Shown here: piece after piece, positions 60,572 through 64,000 of the stretch | How the letters are laid out: each line of letters starts with the position of its first letter | Numbering within the stretch: the first letter of the stretch is position 1 | Assembly (NCBI GenBank): GCA_043808155.1 | Contig: JAZDFD010000016.1 | Span: 1-64,000 of the forward strand | Direction: 5' to 3' | DNA: 64,000 nucleotides | DNA from: Candidatus Iainarchaeum sp. | GTDB lineage: Archaea > Iainarchaeota > Iainarchaeia > Iainarchaeales > JAZDFD01 | Notes under the pieces: generated by a model | Told to the model about the DNA's origin: nothing | Database searches by the model: none | What the model saw: the letters and a program-made list of their open reading frames with translations, nothing else | Program-made: the position numbers and the translations under genes

Positions 60572-61062
60572 TTCAAAATCCCCCGCTCTTTAAACTCCTT
60601 TAATATTACATACATTGTTTCTTTTATACTTTTCTGGGATTGCACCTCAATTATCTTATTTTTTGGGTATTTTCTCGACATATGCTTTTTGCAATAGTCA
60701 ATTCCTTCACAGAAAACATTATCCTGAATTTTGATAGTATCATACTGCTTAGATCCAAGCCTTTCTTCAAGTAACTCAGGATCAAGCCGTATAAGCACTA
60801 TAAAATCAACATCTAACGCAATTTCGCACAGCATATGGCCCTCTATAATCACACTTTCTTCTGTTTTTAGCATCGTATTTAATGCTGTCTTAAGCTTTCC
60901 AAGAGGCACAACTAATTCATTCTCTTTAGAATCCCACTGCCCAATTCCCTGTTCCAGAGCGAATTCTTTCTCATTTAAAACCCTGGATTTTAGTTTCTTT
61001 CCAAGTTCCTTAGAAACAGATGTTTTTCCAACTCCTGGGCTCCCAGTAATCGCCAATTTCAT
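60568..61062 (-). CDS. Adenylate kinase, AK6/Fap7 (hCINAP) family
   Basis: ITGSPGVGKT P-loop, IIEGH motif, and LEERL..K.Y...KI.DN. Confidence 0.88.
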   Translation of the reverse strand: MKLAITGSPGVGKTSVSKELGKKLKSRVLNEKEFALEQGIGQWDSKENELVVPLGKLKTALNTMLKTEESVIIEGHMLCEIALDVDFIVLIRLDPELLEERLGSKQYDTIKIQDNVFCEGIDYCKKHMSRKYPKNKIIEVQSQKSIKETMYVILKEFKERGILK

Positions 61063-61152
61063 GTTATTAAATTGCCACAAACTGAATATAAAACCATTAT
61101 TTGCTTAGAACAAGCGTTTTAGGGAGAAGGGGTGGGAGGGAAACAAAACATG

Positions 61153-61293
61153 TTATCTCTTGGCTTTTTTTTGAAAAGCAGCCACGTAATCAGGTAGAGC
61201 TAGCCCCCCCCTATTTAGAGCCTTGCATAGCTCGAGTGCATGCTCTATGTTCAGATGATTATTCGTCATTTTGTCATGGAGCATTATAGACAT
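61153..61293 (-). CDS. Small 46-aa ORF missed by the ORF track (MSIMLHDKMTNNHLNIEHALELCKALNRGGLALPDYVAAFQKKAKR)
   Basis: GGTGA RBS 6 nt upstream of the ATG; BRE/TATA-like CGAAACATATATAAA further upstream; pyrimidine tract downstream. Confidence 0.6.
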   Translation of the reverse strand: MSIMLHDKMTNNHLNIEHALELCKALNRGGLALPDYVAAFQKKAKR

Positions 61294-61518
61294 TTTCAAT
61301 CACCGAACGTTACTAGTATAACCAAACCCCTTTATATATGTTTCGCTGAAGAACGCCAATTTGGGCTTATTTCGTTTTAATTCCAAATCTGCGCCTTTTA
61401 TATCCAAAAAGAACGCTAATTTGAGCTTTATTTTTATGTATATGTAAAAATAATTATGTAGAAAAAAAGCATTTTAAAAAATCGTAAAATTTCGGTTATG
61501 TATATGACCTTTATTTTC

Positions 61519-61543
61519 AATGCTCAGCCTATTTCTGAGCATT
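61519..61543. terminator. Hairpin AATGCTCAG-N7-CTGAGCATT downstream of the aCPSF1 gene
   Basis: Perfect 9-bp stem about 60 nt past the stop codon, beside a T-rich tract on the minus strand. Confidence 0.4.
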
Positions 61544-61604
61544 TTAAGAAAAGAAAAAAAGTTTTTCCTAACGACCAATACTATTAGCCAAACATCATGC
61601 AGGC

Positions 61605-63497
61605 CTATCTTAGCCTGATTGCATCAAGATTTCGTAAAGCAGAACTATTAATCTTGAATTTGTTTGCCAAATATTTTGAAAGCTCAACTGTGTTGTGCTT
61701 GTCACCATGGTCTGTAATTATTCTTTTAGGCTTTGGTCTCAAATTACCAACATAAGCAACTAATTGATTCCTGTCACTGTGACCTGAAAAACCCTCTATG
61801 GTTTCAATTCTCATATTGATATTCAGAGCCTTTGTTTTACCATTGCCGGCATGTATCGGTGTTGATAATGCACCAGTTTGGATTCTCCGTCCCAATGAAC
61901 CTTCACCCTGGTAACCAACAAATATCAAAGTATTATTTGGATTTTCAGCCATCTTATGCAAATAATGTACAGATGCACCACCTGTTAGCATACCTGAAGA
62001 CGCCATAATAATCGAACTTCCTTCCTCAAGTATTTCATCTCTGTTAGTATGATCTACCTGATGGAATAACTCTGAAGTAAAAGGAGAATCATTCTGCAAA
62101 ATTCTTCTCTGCACACCCTTTCTCAAATATTCAGGATAAGCAGTGTGAATTGCAGATGCCTCCTTTGTCATACCATCTACATAACATTTCGCATCAATCA
62201 AACCATTCCTGTAAAAATTTTCAAGCACTAACATAATTTCCTGTGAACGCCCAACTGCAAAAACAGGAATTAAAATGCTTCCGTCTTTTTGAATTGTTTC
62301 TTTTATTATCTGCAATAATCTATCTTCAGAACCTTGTCTTTGTGGTTGTATTGATTCTTTTCCACCATATGTACTTTCTAAAATCAAAGTTTCTAATCTT
62401 GGATATTTAATATCAACGTGATTAAACAATCTCGTGAATCCGTATTTCATATCCCCACTATAAACCAAATTATGTGCACCTTCTCCAATATGCAAATGAA
62501 CAGACGCACTTCCTAAAATATGTGCTGCATTATGCAATGTTAGTCTCATATCTGGTGCAATATCTGTAACTTTTCTATAGTCACGCGGAATACATTGTGA
62601 AACGCATTTCTTAACATCTCTTTCACTGTATGGGGGCTCCTTTCCCTCTTTTACAAGAACATCAATATAATCAAACTGCAATAATGTCATCAAATCTCGT
62701 GTAGGTGCTGTGCAGTACACAGGTCCCTCATAACCAAGTTTAAACAAATAAGGCACAAATCCTGAGTGATCAAGATGTGCGTGGCTTACAACAACGGCAT
62801 CTAATTCAGTTAATGGAAAATTTAATGCACTCAAATAAGGATAGGGGTCATCATTATTTGCTACATTCACACCGCAATCAAGAATCACTTTTGTGTTAGG
62901 TGTTTCAATCAACATTGAACTTCTTCCAACTTCCTGGAAACCGCCCAAAGCAATTAATCTAACCCAGTTATCCTTTATTTCTGGAACATCTCTGTAAATT
63001 TTCTCAGCAGTTAATTTCAGAAATTTCTTTCTGTCAGCTGCGTGTGTTTGTAAATGACTTCTTATACCTGCAAGGATTTCAGATTTTGAAGTTGGTGCTC
63101 TTATAATATCAGGAGTCCATCCTGTCTGAAGTATAATTTCTTTTGAGGTTTCCCCGCCTTTGCCAATTACTACCCCTGGTTTTAAAGCTTCAATAACAAC
63201 TTCTGAAAACGCATCTATAAATGCAATATGTTTAACTCCTGCATCTTCAGGAATTATTTTTTCAATTTTCTTCAGAGCTTCTTCTTTTGGCATTAAAATG
63301 CTTTTATCGCCACGGACATTTACAACTTTCTTCAATTCATAAGCCGTTTTTGCAACGTAATTGTCATTTTCAAAAAAAGCTTTTGGATTCTTTGTGTAAA
63401 TTGATACCTCTGGCCCCTCTAACTCTACTTTGCTTACTTGTGCTTCAGCAGGCAGTATTTTGTTTACTGTAGCTTTTACTTCATCTAGAACTTTCAT
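61605..63497 (-). CDS. fttA: Beta-CASP ribonuclease aCPSF1 / transcription termination factor FttA
   Basis: N-terminal KH domains (KPGVVIGKGG), LGGFQEVGRS, SHAHLDH, HILGS, ESTYG, GFSGHSD. Confidence 0.96.
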   Translation of the reverse strand: MKVLDEVKATVNKILPAEAQVSKVELEGPEVSIYTKNPKAFFENDNYVAKTAYELKKVVNVRGDKSILMPKEEALKKIEKIIPEDAGVKHIAFIDAFSEVVIEALKPGVVIGKGGETSKEIILQTGWTPDIIRAPTSKSEILAGIRSHLQTHAADRKKFLKLTAEKIYRDVPEIKDNWVRLIALGGFQEVGRSSMLIETPNTKVILDCGVNVANNDDPYPYLSALNFPLTELDAVVVSHAHLDHSGFVPYLFKLGYEGPVYCTAPTRDLMTLLQFDYIDVLVKEGKEPPYSERDVKKCVSQCIPRDYRKVTDIAPDMRLTLHNAAHILGSASVHLHIGEGAHNLVYSGDMKYGFTRLFNHVDIKYPRLETLILESTYGGKESIQPQRQGSEDRLLQIIKETIQKDGSILIPVFAVGRSQEIMLVLENFYRNGLIDAKCYVDGMTKEASAIHTAYPEYLRKGVQRRILQNDSPFTSELFHQVDHTNRDEILEEGSSIIMASSGMLTGGASVHYLHKMAENPNNTLIFVGYQGEGSLGRRIQTGALSTPIHAGNGKTKALNINMRIETIEGFSGHSDRNQLVAYVGNLRPKPKRIITDHGDKHNTVELSKYLANKFKINSSALRNLDAIRLR

Positions 63498-63571
63498 TAT
63501 GTTTCACTCATCTCTGTTCATTAATGTGGATTTAAAATTAAAGGCAAAATAAAACAAGGAATGAATCCGCC

Positions 63572-64000
63572 TTATTTACTGGTGGCCTTGCTTTCAATGT
63601 ATTTTTCAACTTCATTTCTTTTTAATTCTTCAATGCCATTTTTTCTTACAATCATAACGGAGATTGAAACTCCGCCTGTGTAAAGATCTCTTTTCTTTGC
63701 AGCTGAGACTGCTTTAACTGCTAATTTTATTGCTTCTTCTTCGCTCATGTCTTTTTTATATCCGCCATCAATTGTGGCAAGTGCAAGCTCACTTCCGGAA
63801 CCTGTAACAGCATATTTATCTCTTTTTAAAACTCCGCCATAAGGAGTAACTTCGTAAATGTCAGCAGTATCATTGAAACCCGCAATCAAAAACTGAACAA
63901 TATAAGGATAGTATCTGTGCGAATTCAAAATGTTTGATAGATAACTTGAAACTGCCTTTGCAGACATTCTAGTTTCTCTTTCAATCTCATACAAATATGC
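63572..64000 (-). CDS. psmB: Proteasome beta subunit, C-terminal part (5'-truncated by the window edge)
   Basis: YYPYIVQFLIAG, TGSGS..A and A.KRD..TGG motifs; conserved psmB-aCPSF1 adjacency. Confidence 0.92.
   Translation of the reverse strand, partial: AYLYEIERETRMSAKAVSSYLSNILNSHRYYPYIVQFLIAGFNDTADIYEVTPYGGVLKRDKYAVTGSGSELALATIDGGYKKDMSEEEAIKLAVKAVSAAKKRDLYTGGVSISVMIVRKNGIEELKRNEVEKYIESKATSK

Noticed and set aside
61100-61290. SRP RNA, RNase P RNA or tRNA in the GC-richer patch; also the + strand 62-aa ORF
   Set aside because: No SRP helix-8 motif, RNase P conserved regions or cloverleaf were found. Expression signals favour the minus-strand 46-aa ORF.

Overview
AT-rich archaeal chromosome segment. 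Diagnostic archaeal genes include aCPSF1/FttA next to the proteasome beta subunit, DTD2, type-2 IDI, isopentenyl phosphate kinase and AK6, with GGTGA ribosome-binding sites. A DPANN-type lineage such as Iainarchaeota/Diapherotrites is inferred from gene content but not proven. The main feature is a ~13 kb tightly packed operon (8.1-21.2 kb) encoding the whole 'modified' archaeal mevalonate pathway: class II HMG-CoA reductase, HMG-CoA synthase, thiolase, DUF35, mevalonate kinase, UbiX, UbiD, AcnX large and small subunits, IPK and IDI-2. The operon carries three extra genes: a malic enzyme, a HAD phosphatase, and a free-standing LAGLIDADG endonuclease that begins with a duplicate of the thiolase N-terminus. 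The window also contains a prenyl diphosphate synthase, ppdK, thyX split by an HNH intein, a WbpB/E/D-type diacetamido-sugar cluster with a poly-A-frameshifted deacetylase, a minimal group-3-type NiFe hydrogenase cluster, and a ~1 kb motif-rich non-coding region. Further features are a recurrent intergenic GTTATGTATA motif, a block of secreted/surface proteins strongly enriched in D-x-N tripeptides (including a repeat-shuffled adhesin with a C1q-like tip), and an unannotated 46-aa ORF. No rRNA, tRNA or CRISPR array was recognised. All calls come from reading motifs by eye; no database searches were run.
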